Assembly: GCF_037042905.1 (NCBI RefSeq)
Contig: NC_087251.1
Coordinates: 27,530,001 to 27,594,000 of the forward strand
Reading direction: 5' to 3'
Origin: Lytechinus pictus
Lineage: Eukaryota
Length of the DNA stretch: 64,000 nt
Positions 12,936 through 24,100 of the stretch are shown in pieces (the stretch's first letter is position 1; each line of letters begins with the position of its first letter). The notes under the pieces were generated by a model. The model was given only the letters and a program-made list of their open reading frames with translations. It searched no databases and was not told where the DNA came from. The translations under genes were made by a program, and so were the position numbers.

Positions 12936-13143
12936 GTTCCCATTGTCATGCGATCCTTTAAGAAAGCCACGATTGGCCTTTCGTAACTGATCGCGAAATC
13001 TTTTTGAACCATTCATTTTTTACGATCAATACGATTGTAACGACTTATCTGATGATATGATCTTATACGATCTGTAAGATCATTACGATTACTCCACGAT
13101 ATGCCTGGCATTTCAATCGTGGCCAAAATCATGACAGTGGGAA
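12936..13143. mobile_element. Degenerate MITE
   Basis: GTTCCCATTGTCATG..GCCACGATT / AATCGTGGC..CATGACAGTGGGAAC inverted ends. Confidence 0.55.
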
Positions 13144-13701
13144 CCATAAAGGGTATTATGAAACAGGACCTTGGTGGTGCATTTTGAAATGTTATTATTT
13201 TAATTAGGTGAACATCATGGGCAAATAGATAACTTTATACAAGGAAGGGAAGAAATTTTTGTCACTTCTATTCCGTATAAACATAAAAATCGTCCATTTC
13301 ATAAGTTGAATTTAAACGATATTTTGTTATTCAAAAAGCTTGAAATGTTTTTTCCCAGTAGTCAAAGTGCATAAACATCAGCAAATTCAATGAGAATGAT
13401 AATAGGAATTTGTTTGCATTAAGTAATCGTAAGTACCAAAAAATATTGACATTGTTGATTACTCTAAAAGTTTATAATAGGCCTGAAAATAGGTCAAAAT
13501 CATGATTTTTGTATTATTATGGTGTCATATAGGAATGATATTTTTCTAAACTGAAACATCAATCTGGACATAATTATCTCTTAAATACATTGTAATATCT
13601 GTGTAATAAACTTGTGGGTTTGTCAAAAATCCTCTTTCATAGACTTTGATATGTTTCTTCATATCTTATATTAGTGTGTATTTTAGAAATGAATGATCCT
13701 G

Positions 13702-13880
13702 CACACTCTTAAAGTGTTGGGCAACGTACTGTCAACACACCAATTGGTTACAAAATTTATACAACTCTTGGTAGTTTTCACCCAAAGCACATATTATTGG
13801 TCTAAAACTACCCAGGATTGGATAAATTTTTAACCAATTGTTGTGTGGGCAGTATGTTGCCCAACATTCTTAAGACTGCA
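13702..13880. mobile_element. CACAC-terminated MITE (CMC/EnSpm-like), copy 1
   Basis: CACACTCTTAAAGTGTTGGGCAAC...GTTGCCCAACATTCTTAAGACTG; related to 19002-19231. Confidence 0.6.
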
Positions 13881-13943
13881 GATACGAGAGTAATTAGGTT
13901 TTCATGAAGGTGACTTATTCTGCTTGTCTTGCTCTGTCTAACA

Positions 13944-14187
13944 GGGTGTGTGTGCTTGTGTGTACAATGCATAGTAAAGATGTGAGTTTTGTATTGGTAT
14001 GCTTGGGCGAATCTATGTATGTCCTTGGGCCTATAGATCAGATACGAGTATTTCGAATGGAAAATGTGCTCCATCCAAAGGACGTTACTACGGGTTCGAA
14101 CCACGGACCTGTGGAGTGAATGAGTTTGTAACTTCGCAATTTGTATATGCAGCTGAATTGCGGGCGAACACCACCACTCCGCCCAGG
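13944..14187 (-). mobile_element. Diverged 7SL-headed SINE copy
   Basis: Reverse complement: CCTGGGCGGAGTGGTGGTGTTCGCCCGCAATTCAGCTGC...GAAGTTACAAA...GGTTCGAACCC (B-box)...ACGTCCTTTGGATGG...ACAAAACTCA...(CA)n. This is collinear with the copy at 20990-21171. Confidence 0.6.
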
Positions 14188-14827
14188 TTCAGATATTTAA
14201 TGAGGATGACCCTAAACCGAACCCTGCCCTCCTTGGCTACGCCTTCGATCAGAAATTGTGTTTGCACTCGTGATATCTGTTGCCCGTTTTAGTGTTTACC
14301 GCCGCCACCCGGTCTGTTTGCCCCTGCTGTGTGGCTTCAAACAAGACCAGGAAAATGCGTGATCAGGTATCAAGAACAGTTACACCTCTTACCGTTTACC
14401 CAGAAGACAAGAAACATGATGAAACAGATAGGAGACATTCAAGAACATGGTGCGAGATCATTAATGGTTCACGATGTTCTTGCATGACCAGAACACCCTC
14501 CTCTCACATTCTCAGTCATGCGTTGGGTTTCGTTCGATTACCCCATCTTCTGCCATGTTTGAAACAGAAAAAGGCAATTATCTGTAGCAAACGACATTTG
14601 AAAACGTCGTGATCAGTGCGTGGGGAAATCGATAGGCCTGCAGTTTTTATTTTCTTTAAAGCAAATATCCAAAAACCATTATGAACAGCGCCAGCTCAAG
14701 ACAAAAACTACCCATGTAGAACCTGCTTCCACATAGGTTGCAACATAAATCTACAAACTTATCAACTTTTTTTTGGTTACCCACCCACCCCCATACAACA
14801 TTCACCTCACATATATTTTTGGTTTAG

Positions 14828-15135
14828 TCATCATCATTATCGTCACCATTACTATTTCCATCATCATGGCCATCACCTTCACATTCACCACCACCATAAT
14901 TATCACCACTGATCCCCACCAACACTTCAATTAACATCAGCATCATCATCGTCAACAATCACAACAAGCTTCGTCACCATTGTCACCGCCATAATCACTG
15001 CCAACACCACAACCATCAACATCATCATAATTCCCCTTGTAATCTTCATAATCAATACCACCACCATCACAACACCCACCTCCATTACTGCTACCATCGC
15101 CACTACCACCACCTATGCAATAACCATCACCAGTA
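14828..15135. repeat. Degenerate (CAC/CAT)n low-complexity tract
   Basis: Repeated catcac/caccat triplets. Confidence 0.8.
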
Positions 15136-17137
15136 TCTAAAGAGCTTTTCGTCGCTTTCTATGCCCCCACCCTGCAGGACCAAACCTCTGCACCTCGTTC
15201 TCCAATGTCATCGACCCATCGTCCATATGGCTTCATTGCCTCCCATGTCCACATAACGACTCATAATGAGCACGCATTAACAGATATGAGAACGATTTCT
15301 TTCGTATTTCTTTTCCTATCTTTTGAGGAAAGCGATCTCTGAATAGGAGATATCAGCTTTTACAAGAATCTTTACCAGCCATTATATGGCTCAATTCGGG
15401 ATAATCATGTCTTTACCAAATGTCAGGTTCCTGTAATACGAGTATTTAAATCAAAGTGGTTGGTCAGAACACGATAAAATACGAGACAAGTTCTCGTCAA
15501 GTTTAATACCTGTTCTATTACCCTCATAATATCCCATTAACCGAAGGATACACCAATTTCTAATCTATATTACTGCTAGTTTCGTATCATGTTTATTACC
15601 AATATACATTTCAGACCTTCACCTTAAAAAAGAAAATGTAGGATTTTTTTTTATAAAAAAAACACAATTTATTTAGACGATTACTTTGTTAATTTGGTGG
15701 GACTTCAGTATATATTTAAAAAAATACATGTATTTGGCCTGAGTTCCGTATACGTATAGAGAGATGGGAAAACAATAATGCGTCTTTAGATAATTTATAG
15801 AATGCTTGTTTCGGAAAATATTTCTCCGTCATTCAGGTTTAGACGTAATATCAAATATATCAACATTTATCGTTACTATTATTCATCGCATGCAGAATAG
15901 ACGTGTACCTAATCATGAATAGGCCAATGGTAATCGTTTCGCTCTAAGTTTGTCATCTGGTTCATAGCTCCTTGGTAATATCAATATCTGGGTGTACTAA
16001 TATATAATACGTCACATGAATGCGATGGAAAATCGTCCTCATTACTGAAGCTATTTTGTTGTCGAATGTTTTCTTTCTTAAACCCGGGGATCATATCATC
16101 GCAATTTTATCTAACTTCGTGTGGAGTGATGCGACCTTGTCATGTCTTGCATGTTTCATATCACCGGGACATCGCTTCTGGAATGTGAAATGTTTTGACA
16201 TTTCAATTTCCATGGATTTGGTTACATCGTTTAGTTTGAGATGCCACGGTTGAGGGGGCGATTCATCAGTGTACGAAGATATGAATTGGGCGACGTTTAG
16301 ACCTTAATCTCTCTGCTTGCATTTAGTAGAAAGACACAATTACAAAAGCTATATCGGGCAAGATAACAGAGTTCTCCTGCCTTATACCTTGAATCCTATT
16401 TCGTTCTGATGGAAAATGGCTCTGATATGATTTATAGAGTAGCGTTTGACACTGATGTTACAAGTTTTGATGGACGGGGGTTGGGATGGCCGAGTCATAA
16501 TTACATGTATGAATATTCTTCTGATGAAATATGAACATAAAGCGATGCTGCCTTTTTTTTACGATATCTATAATTTCTGAATGTAATGGGTAGTTAGTCA
16601 GTCTAATTTTGCTAATGGACTGACCGCACAGCCCATCAGAAAAATGGAACTAGGAAAGTGCATTTCTTTACCATTTCCTTATAATGTTTCTTTTTTTATT
16701 TACAGTATTTTGTTAACATTTTTCTGTGCCCCTTTTCTCAACGGAATCTCTCTCCTTCACTATCTATGTGTGTGTGTGTTTCTCTAAGTCACACACACCC
16801 TCAAACACGACGCACACACCCCACACACACAAACAAAATCTCTCTCTAATCTTATGTATTTAAATTTCTGTCTATTTTTCTATTACTTAATTTTGAGAGG
16901 GCTTCTAAACTACTAAAAGTACGTCATTTTTTCTACTCTTCTTTCTTATTTTGACATGTTCCTTCCTCTCTTTAGTCACTATACTTGAAATAAAAATCAC
17001 AGGAAAGATCACCCCTCTCCCCTGTTCTGCGGCCCCTGCCAGGTAACACTGCACCTTAAAGTGAAATTATTAATTTCACTGAACACAAGAAGATCTTTTG
17101 GTGTTGTTCTTTATTGTCCCCCTTTCCCCCCTTTTTG

Positions 17138-17350
17138 ATCCACATTGTGCTGCACTCAACCCAGGTGAGGTGAATGGGTACCCGGCAGGATTAATTCTTT
17201 GAATGCATGAGCGCTGAAAGGCAGCTCGAGCTAAAGCCGAGGTAATAATAATAACAACGCGCCTCGGAATAGAATATTTCTAGATAGATGGCGCTATATA
17301 AATGCCTATTATTATTATTATTATTAATGAAATTATTATTATTATTATTA
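17138..17350 (+). mobile_element. 5'-truncated SINE (CCCAGGTG...ATGGGTACC core, (ATT)n tail)
   Basis: The same core recurs at about 49120-49160, 49690-49710 and 51780-51816. The 3' end is GCGCTATATAAATGCC(TAT)n. Confidence 0.7.
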
Positions 17351-18473
17351 TCGCCCATTAAAGTCAACCCGACTCAAGCAAGAAAACAGATAGGTTGTCG
17401 CTTCATTTTTTTTTTAATTCAAAAGACAATGACGGCTTTTGGTAAATTAAACCAAGGCCTGTCTTTTACAGCTCAAACACATCTTGGAAAATAATAATGT
17501 TCTCTTCGCTTTCATTTATGATTTCCCTTTATCAAACGCCAGCGATGATCATGTGGAGAAGCAATAGACTCGACAAAATCGTTTTACCAATCATGTTCTT
17601 CGAAAGATCCAAGGGTTTGATTAATGGCGGAAACTACCACATCAAGGAGACAGTCACACTAAACGTCACCGATGTGAGATCGAGCCAAACGATTGCGTTA
17701 TTTCCAATTCAATTGCATATTAACGGATACTTTGTAATCGATTGCATTGTGCCTGCCACCCCACAACAGCCGATAGACACACGCACCTCATTCCATCCCG
17801 TTTAATATCATCATTACTGCATCACGTGTCGATGAGATATGAATAAGAATCTTGATGCAAAACACAACAAGCTCCCAGATTTGGAGTCAATGAACTCCAA
17901 TGTTAGTCGACAACATCTTATTATTCCCCCAAAAATCAAATCGTTAAGTCTTGTTATTGCAAGAACGCTCACAGTTTCTCAAAGCGTGGACATTAAAATG
18001 GTACCTCGATGGACTTAGCCACTTACATTGTATGTTTAGGACCAAACTTGTGATCAGTGTTCATCATAGTTTTTTTTCGGTATTAATCGGTATTAATCAA
18101 CCTGATAGTAATAAATAATTAGTATTAATCAACTGAAATTAAGTCATACATGATAGAATTCTGATTAGTTTTGAATAATTATTCATGTCCATCATCACAA
18201 AGTAAGAATTTATCTGGAGCAGTTGAAGAGTAGTGACAAAGGCATCTGATTTTTATTAGCTCCTAAAAATATGGCGTAAGAAGTCCCTCTATTCATTCAA
18301 GATTACTGTAAAAGATATCGCGCCATAGAAGACACGCAACAACTTTTAACCCTTGCGTTGGGCCACTTTTTTTATTATTCAAATTGAGATCAAACTTCTG
18401 TGGTGTTTCGTTTGAGTGATTTCTTTGTCTTTGAGCATGGGACATTTTGAATAGCCCTTGTCTCTTCTTAGTG

Positions 18474-18647
18474 CAGGGGCCGCGGAAGCGGGGGGGGGGG
18501 GGGGCTTCAGCCCCCCACTTTTTTCAAAACCGTGTACAAAAACGTAAAAATGACCATATGATTGTGATTTTTAGCATGGTCAGCCCCCCCCCCCCACTTT
18601 TGGCTCAGCCCCCCCCCCCCACTTTGAAAACCGTTCCGCGGCCCCTG
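18474..18647. mobile_element. hAT-like G/C-run MITE with 5-bp TSD
   Basis: TIR CAGGGGCCGCGGAA / TTCCGCGGCCCCTG; TSD TAGTG at 18469-18473 and 18648-18652. Confidence 0.9.
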
Positions 18648-19001
18648 TAGTGGGCTATTCAAAATGAATACAAGGCTTTAAAACAGATTGCTTTTCATGA
18701 CTGGATGACTGACAGACTGTGGGCATGATGTGACTTCAGTTACGATTAAGTTTAACTTTACCCATCATCAAAACTTCTGAAAAAAAGAGAATGGAATCTG
18801 TGCTTTGCTGTCCTCCGGATTAACTAATGGCAGTCCTGTGTAGGATCAGTGGTTTCCAGCGATATCAATGCAAATCTGAGGATTTCCTCTTTCATATTCA
18901 GGTAAATTCAAATGATATTTTGAAGGAAGAATTCCTTTTGCGACAGCCAAACAAAGTGAGAAAAATATATATTAGTGTTAGGGTTAAGAGTAGGGTTAGG
19001 C

Positions 19002-19231
19002 TCACACTCTTAAAACAGTTGGGCAAAAATTGCCCAACTTTTAACTTACCCTGGGTAACATACTGTTCACACAACTAGTGTGCTTAAAATCTGTCCAAAT
19101 TGGGTAAAAAAACTGATAATTGGGTAATAAATTTGCTCAATTGGATAATAATTGCCAAGAATATATACATATTTTTACCAAAATACATTACCCAACACAG
19201 TTGACAGCCAGTTGCCCAACATTTTAAGTGT
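19002..19231. mobile_element. CACAC-terminated MITE, copy 2
   Basis: CACACTCTTAAAACAGTTGGGCAA...TTGCCCAACATTTTAAGTGTG. Confidence 0.65.
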
Positions 19232-20989
19232 GTAGGGTGACTGTCGCAAAAGGATCTCTTTCCTATTTTGATTTTTTTTTAACCCTCTAGAATTGGATTG
19301 CTTTTTTATAAACATTGTGTAGGCCTAATCTAAGTCTGAGTTTATACGAGTGACAATTTGTGACCTCTCGAATATGCCATCACATAATTGTTGCAAAGGG
19401 ACTACACAATGGGGCTTCCGAAGCCCAACAAACTATAAAATGTCAGGATGACACAGTGTGATGGTGATTCATGTCCACTGTACGTGGTGATTGCATAAAC
19501 TATGACCGAAAGGCAACATATCACCACCACCGCAAGCGGTTTCTCGGTTTGCGTAGTATTATTTGTTTTGTTTTCTCTGAAACGGGTAGCCGTCCGGCAC
19601 AGCGAAGCAGTCTGTGAGTGGTGTCCGGTTTTCATTCTGTTCTTAAATTAGCTTAGTTTAGAGTTCATAATAAATACTGCGAGATGACTTCTCTCATATC
19701 GACAGCGAGTTATGAGTACAGATATGGATACTATTTTCCGTCTCGTATACTATTTCTGAGTATAGCTCACGACTCTTCCTGGTTTTACAACTATGTTTTG
19801 CTTTATTTCTAGGAAAATCCAATTACACGAGCCTGAACATTATATACTGAATATACTTGGTTTCACGGTTCGGATAGACATTCCACTTAGCTTTCAGATA
19901 TGAACCGAAGATAAGCTTATGTTTTTTTCATTCCCATCTTCATTATTCATTATATGCGTTTATACTAACGTCAAATATGAGATGAAACAATCCAGATACC
20001 AATGATGATTCTAAGAATTGTTATTGAGGAGTATATTCTGTACGTTTATAGATAAGACCAGGGAGTTGAGAGGAGACCGAACAAAGCCCGTTAACAATGT
20101 AATTTCTTTTTTTTTTGGTATAAAGAAATACACTCACACATGATTATTTCTACCAATCACAATTTCATGTGATTACAATCCTATTGTAATCGAATCTTTT
20201 CAATAACCATATTGTATATTATACGTTGAGATATTTAATTTATGTATATGTGAAGCGCATTGAAACTTCGTGTATTATGCGCTATAGAAATGTAATTTTA
20301 TTACTATTATTATTAACATGAAAAATCCGCTGTCCTAATATTATGCACTGCTTGTGGTGTATTATACAGCGCTATATGGGCAGCCTTCCACAAGTTTACA
20401 CCAGGAAAAGAAATGAATTTCGACCCTTCAAACTTTAATTTGAAGCGGCGCTGGTGGCTCCTTTGTCGTAAACCAGCTTTTCCCTTTTTGTCTGGGTGGA
20501 AGGGGGGGGGGTTCCCTTTCCTATTGCATTGTATTCTTAGATAAATTCCTGTTTGAATGCTTAAGAGGAAAATGCATCCTTTACGTCAGGTTGATTTTTA
20601 ATAAAAGAGCAGAACAAAGAAAAAACATAACAATGCAATGAAAGTTTGGTGAAGATCCATCATAAAAAATAGATATGATTTTTTCTATTTGACTTTTGTA
20701 TCGTCACATGCTAGCACCCCTTCCCATAATGTGATAGAAGATTACATAAAATGCAATTTTCTCAGAAATATTAATCTCAGCCGTGCATTTTATCTAACAT
20801 CTGAAACATTATGACATTTATATACATATTTCCATGAGAAAACATTTTTAGTCTTCATGAACCAGTAAGAAATGGAAATTTATTTCATTTCCATGATGAA
20901 TTGACTGCTGTTTGCATATGAAGCCATAATTTTTTTTAGGTCTGAATATCGAAAATTTTCAGAATTATTTGATTAGTCCTATACATATC

Positions 20990-21171
20990 GTGTGTGTGTA
21001 TTTTGAGTTTTTGTCAGACGTGTATCAATTAGATATGATTATTTACGTCTGGGACCGACCTTTAACGTCACCATCCGAAAGACGTGACCAGGGCTCGAAC
21101 CTCGAACCTCTGCATCAATTTGTAACTTCCCCGCATAGCTTGGATTACAGGCGCACGCCACAACGCCCAGT
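20990..21171 (-). mobile_element. 7SL RNA (Alu-domain)-headed SINE with B-box, Deu/Nin-like segment and (CA)n tail
   Basis: Reverse complement ACTGGGCGTTGTGGCGTGCGCCTGTAATCCAAGCTATGCGGG versus the metazoan 7SL 5' end GCCGGGCGCGGTGGCGCGTGCCTGTAGTCCCAGCTACTCGGG. B-box GGTTCGAGCCC at 21091-21101. Then GTCTTTCGGATGGTGACGTTAAAGGTCGGTCCC. Flanking duplication ATACATATC at 20981-20989 and 21177-21185. Confidence 0.8.
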
Positions 21172-24100
21172 TTTCGATACATATCCTTTTAATGGCACAG
21201 TCTTTAAAATGTCTCTGTTAGATCATATATGTGGTTATTGAGCGCGCTTCGCGCGTCCACTTAGTGACTCAAAACTTTTGCTGGTGCCCCCCCCCCCCAT
21301 GCCCGTGACCCACAGTACGCCACTGTCCCCTTTAACTCCGCAGCGTAATCGGTGATGATCAAAGTACTGCCGATCAAATTTTATTCGCTTGGCTACGATA
21401 TCCAATGAAGCCGAAATGATATTAGGGGTTCACCTTTACCAGTATTTATTTGTTATCATGCTTGTATGGTCTTTCTTATGGGGGGGGGGGGTGGCTTGTT
21501 TATGACATAAAAAGTTATTGTTTCATTTGGTTTCTTTTTGAGTAATAAAATCTTTATTAATTCAGGCCTACGTTCTAATTCCTACTGTTAATGTAAACTT
21601 GTAGAGGGGCAATTCGTAAAGAAATTTCTGAACTGCATTTACATGTATCTGTTAAATATAGTGATCAATTATGAATATCATCCCGCATCTCGGCATACGG
21701 TATTTATTAGACAAGATATAATTGCAACGATTCCCATTTTGGTGAGTTAAAGACGTGTATTTGAAATCCACATGAGGTGTAATTACAGCGATATTTGCAA
21801 TGAATCCTTTTGTTTTCGACCCGGTTCCTTTGAACTATTCTATCTGTGTGACAGCATGAAAGTATTATTGCCGAGTCTGGGGATTATTGCGCAAGAACAT
21901 TACGCATTGGATATCTGGGAAGTCTTTCACGAACATTCGTGTAACGATCTGATAACTATGCCCTTGTCCAATTAGATTCAAGTATTTGAGTAGCTTGTAA
22001 CAGCAGTGAGTGAAGAATTGCGGACAATTCGCTATCTGACACACTCCGAATATCGTGCAACATTTTCACATCTACGTTAGATAACTTTTGAGTCCGCGTT
22101 TCACAAACCTCATTGCAATGACTATTGAGATGAGTGTTGACAGCTGCAGAAATCGTAGCATTTGAATAGCGCATAGGAAATCTATCAAAGAAGTTTGGCC
22201 TTTGTTATTGATGATATTGATATGAAGATTTGTGAAGCAGGGCCGTGCTGCTTTTACTTTGTTCTGTTGGGAATCATAGCACGTGTATTGATAAAGACAC
22301 ATCGAAAGATTGGAGTATTTTTTCAACTGTTGATTGATACCGTTCAGACATTCTACTGACTTGCCTGATATACCGTTCACACCAATTATGCCAATTCTGT
22401 AATGATGAAACAATGCATCGACTTTACTGTGATTCTTTGACTTGAGTTTAGTATGGCTTTGCTTTTGAACCTGTGTTGACACAATAAAGATCCCTTTTCT
22501 GATTATATTTGAGCATCAAAACTTTAAGATGCTTTGCGAAGAATAATCGACTGATAGTACCTATGGAATAATTTGATACTACAAAAAAAGTACATTGCAC
22601 ATTGTAGTTTTGTAAATGCCATCCCATAGCAAATGTACGTCTTTATGTTTTTGGTTCTTTATAAATGCGTATGACGTATTTGCGCCGGTGGTGTCCGACA
22701 GGCTTGCACTATCCACGTTTTTTGTCACCCGTCATAACACGGCTGTCTGTCCTGATCATAGATCCATGGTCATTAATCAATAGCACACTTGTGTCCACTG
22801 CTGGAGTCCACGTCACAAGTGGACATTACCGACAGACTTGTCACGAAGGTTTACGTTTCTCCGTCGTACGCTTTGGTTAATAAACCTTCCATTTGATACG
22901 GACACACCAACGAAACCGCCTTCAGACCGATCAAAGCTATTACGTTATTTCCATTAATGGCATATCACCGGTCGGTTTGGGTCGGTTTCGTGGGTGTGAC
23001 GGCAGCACTGGTCAAACCTGGAACGGTAGGGGGTAGTGGATGGGGTTATTGGGTAGCGATAGAGTCTTGCCCGGTTGCGACCACGTTAGGAGTGGACATT
23101 ATTAACAGACTTATCATGAAAGTTTACGACCCTAAACCTTTCTCGAGGGTGTAGCACTTGTCTCGCTTTTAAGGGTAGGGGATATTTGAGGCATAAATTC
23201 TGCGTAGGTCTTGTTCATTTGAGATCATGTCAGATTCAGAAGCAGACATTGCAAATGGCCATGTCATAAAGGCTTAAACCCTGCACCCCTACGCTGTACA
23301 CTAAACACTTATCAAGGGGGTAGTAGTATTCCATTCTTCATAGGGTAGGGGATATTTCATGTTCGGTTACGATGTCAAAAGTGGATATTACCAGTAACAT
23401 TGTCAAGGTTTCTCTTCACTCCTACTATGTATAGTTATTAAGTCTTGCTCACGGATATATTACTGGAAGAATCTTCAAGGATAGGGGGTAATTGGGTAGG
23501 ACACTGGTCTTGCTCTATTTTCATCTTGTCATTAATGGGTATTTAATACGAACGGACTTGTCACGAAGGCCTAGGTCGCTACAATCTAGGTCTCGCCCAG
23601 TAGTGCAGCATGACTACACGATTTACAGGGTGATGGTGCGTTCGGACGTGGTCAGAAATTGTGAAACACAAGAGGATTGTTATTCAAATTACGGCGATGT
23701 ATTGGGTACTATAGTGTTGATATATAGAGAGCATTGTTCGATATGGTACTTGAAAAGTTAAAATTACATAACTTGGGTTGATTCCCATTATTCGAGTGCC
23801 ATTGTAGCTAAAGTAGATTCGCCAATTCTAAATTTTTGGTCCTCACATCATAATACTTTATTGGTAAAGACTTGAAATTGGCTATACTAGAATCAAATGT
23901 TTAAAACATTGGGGTGTCAATTGACCTCACCTCGTCCCAAACTTTCTATTTTTTACCCCGTCACTCTTCCATGCTTACTCTCTTTACTCTCTTTCACACA
24001 CACTCTCTCCCTCTGTCTCTCCGTCTCTCTCTCATTCTCCCCCCCCCCATTCCTTCCTTACCACGCACCACTCTATTTAATCTTTTCAATGGGTGGTAGA

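Noticed and set aside
14370..14640. Minus-strand exon-like segment ending CFIMFLVFW|gt, reminiscent of a tetraspanin first exon
   Set aside because: There is an in-frame stop just upstream and no further exons were found.
19380..19640. GC-richer patch with a possible donor (TCT|gtgagt) as another first exon
   Set aside because: No linked downstream exon or ORF could be supported.
21130..21171. Genuine 7SL/SRP RNA gene or human Alu contamination
   Set aside because: Similarity is limited to about 40 nt. There is no S domain, Alu dimer or poly(A) tail, and a diverged sister copy lies in native context.
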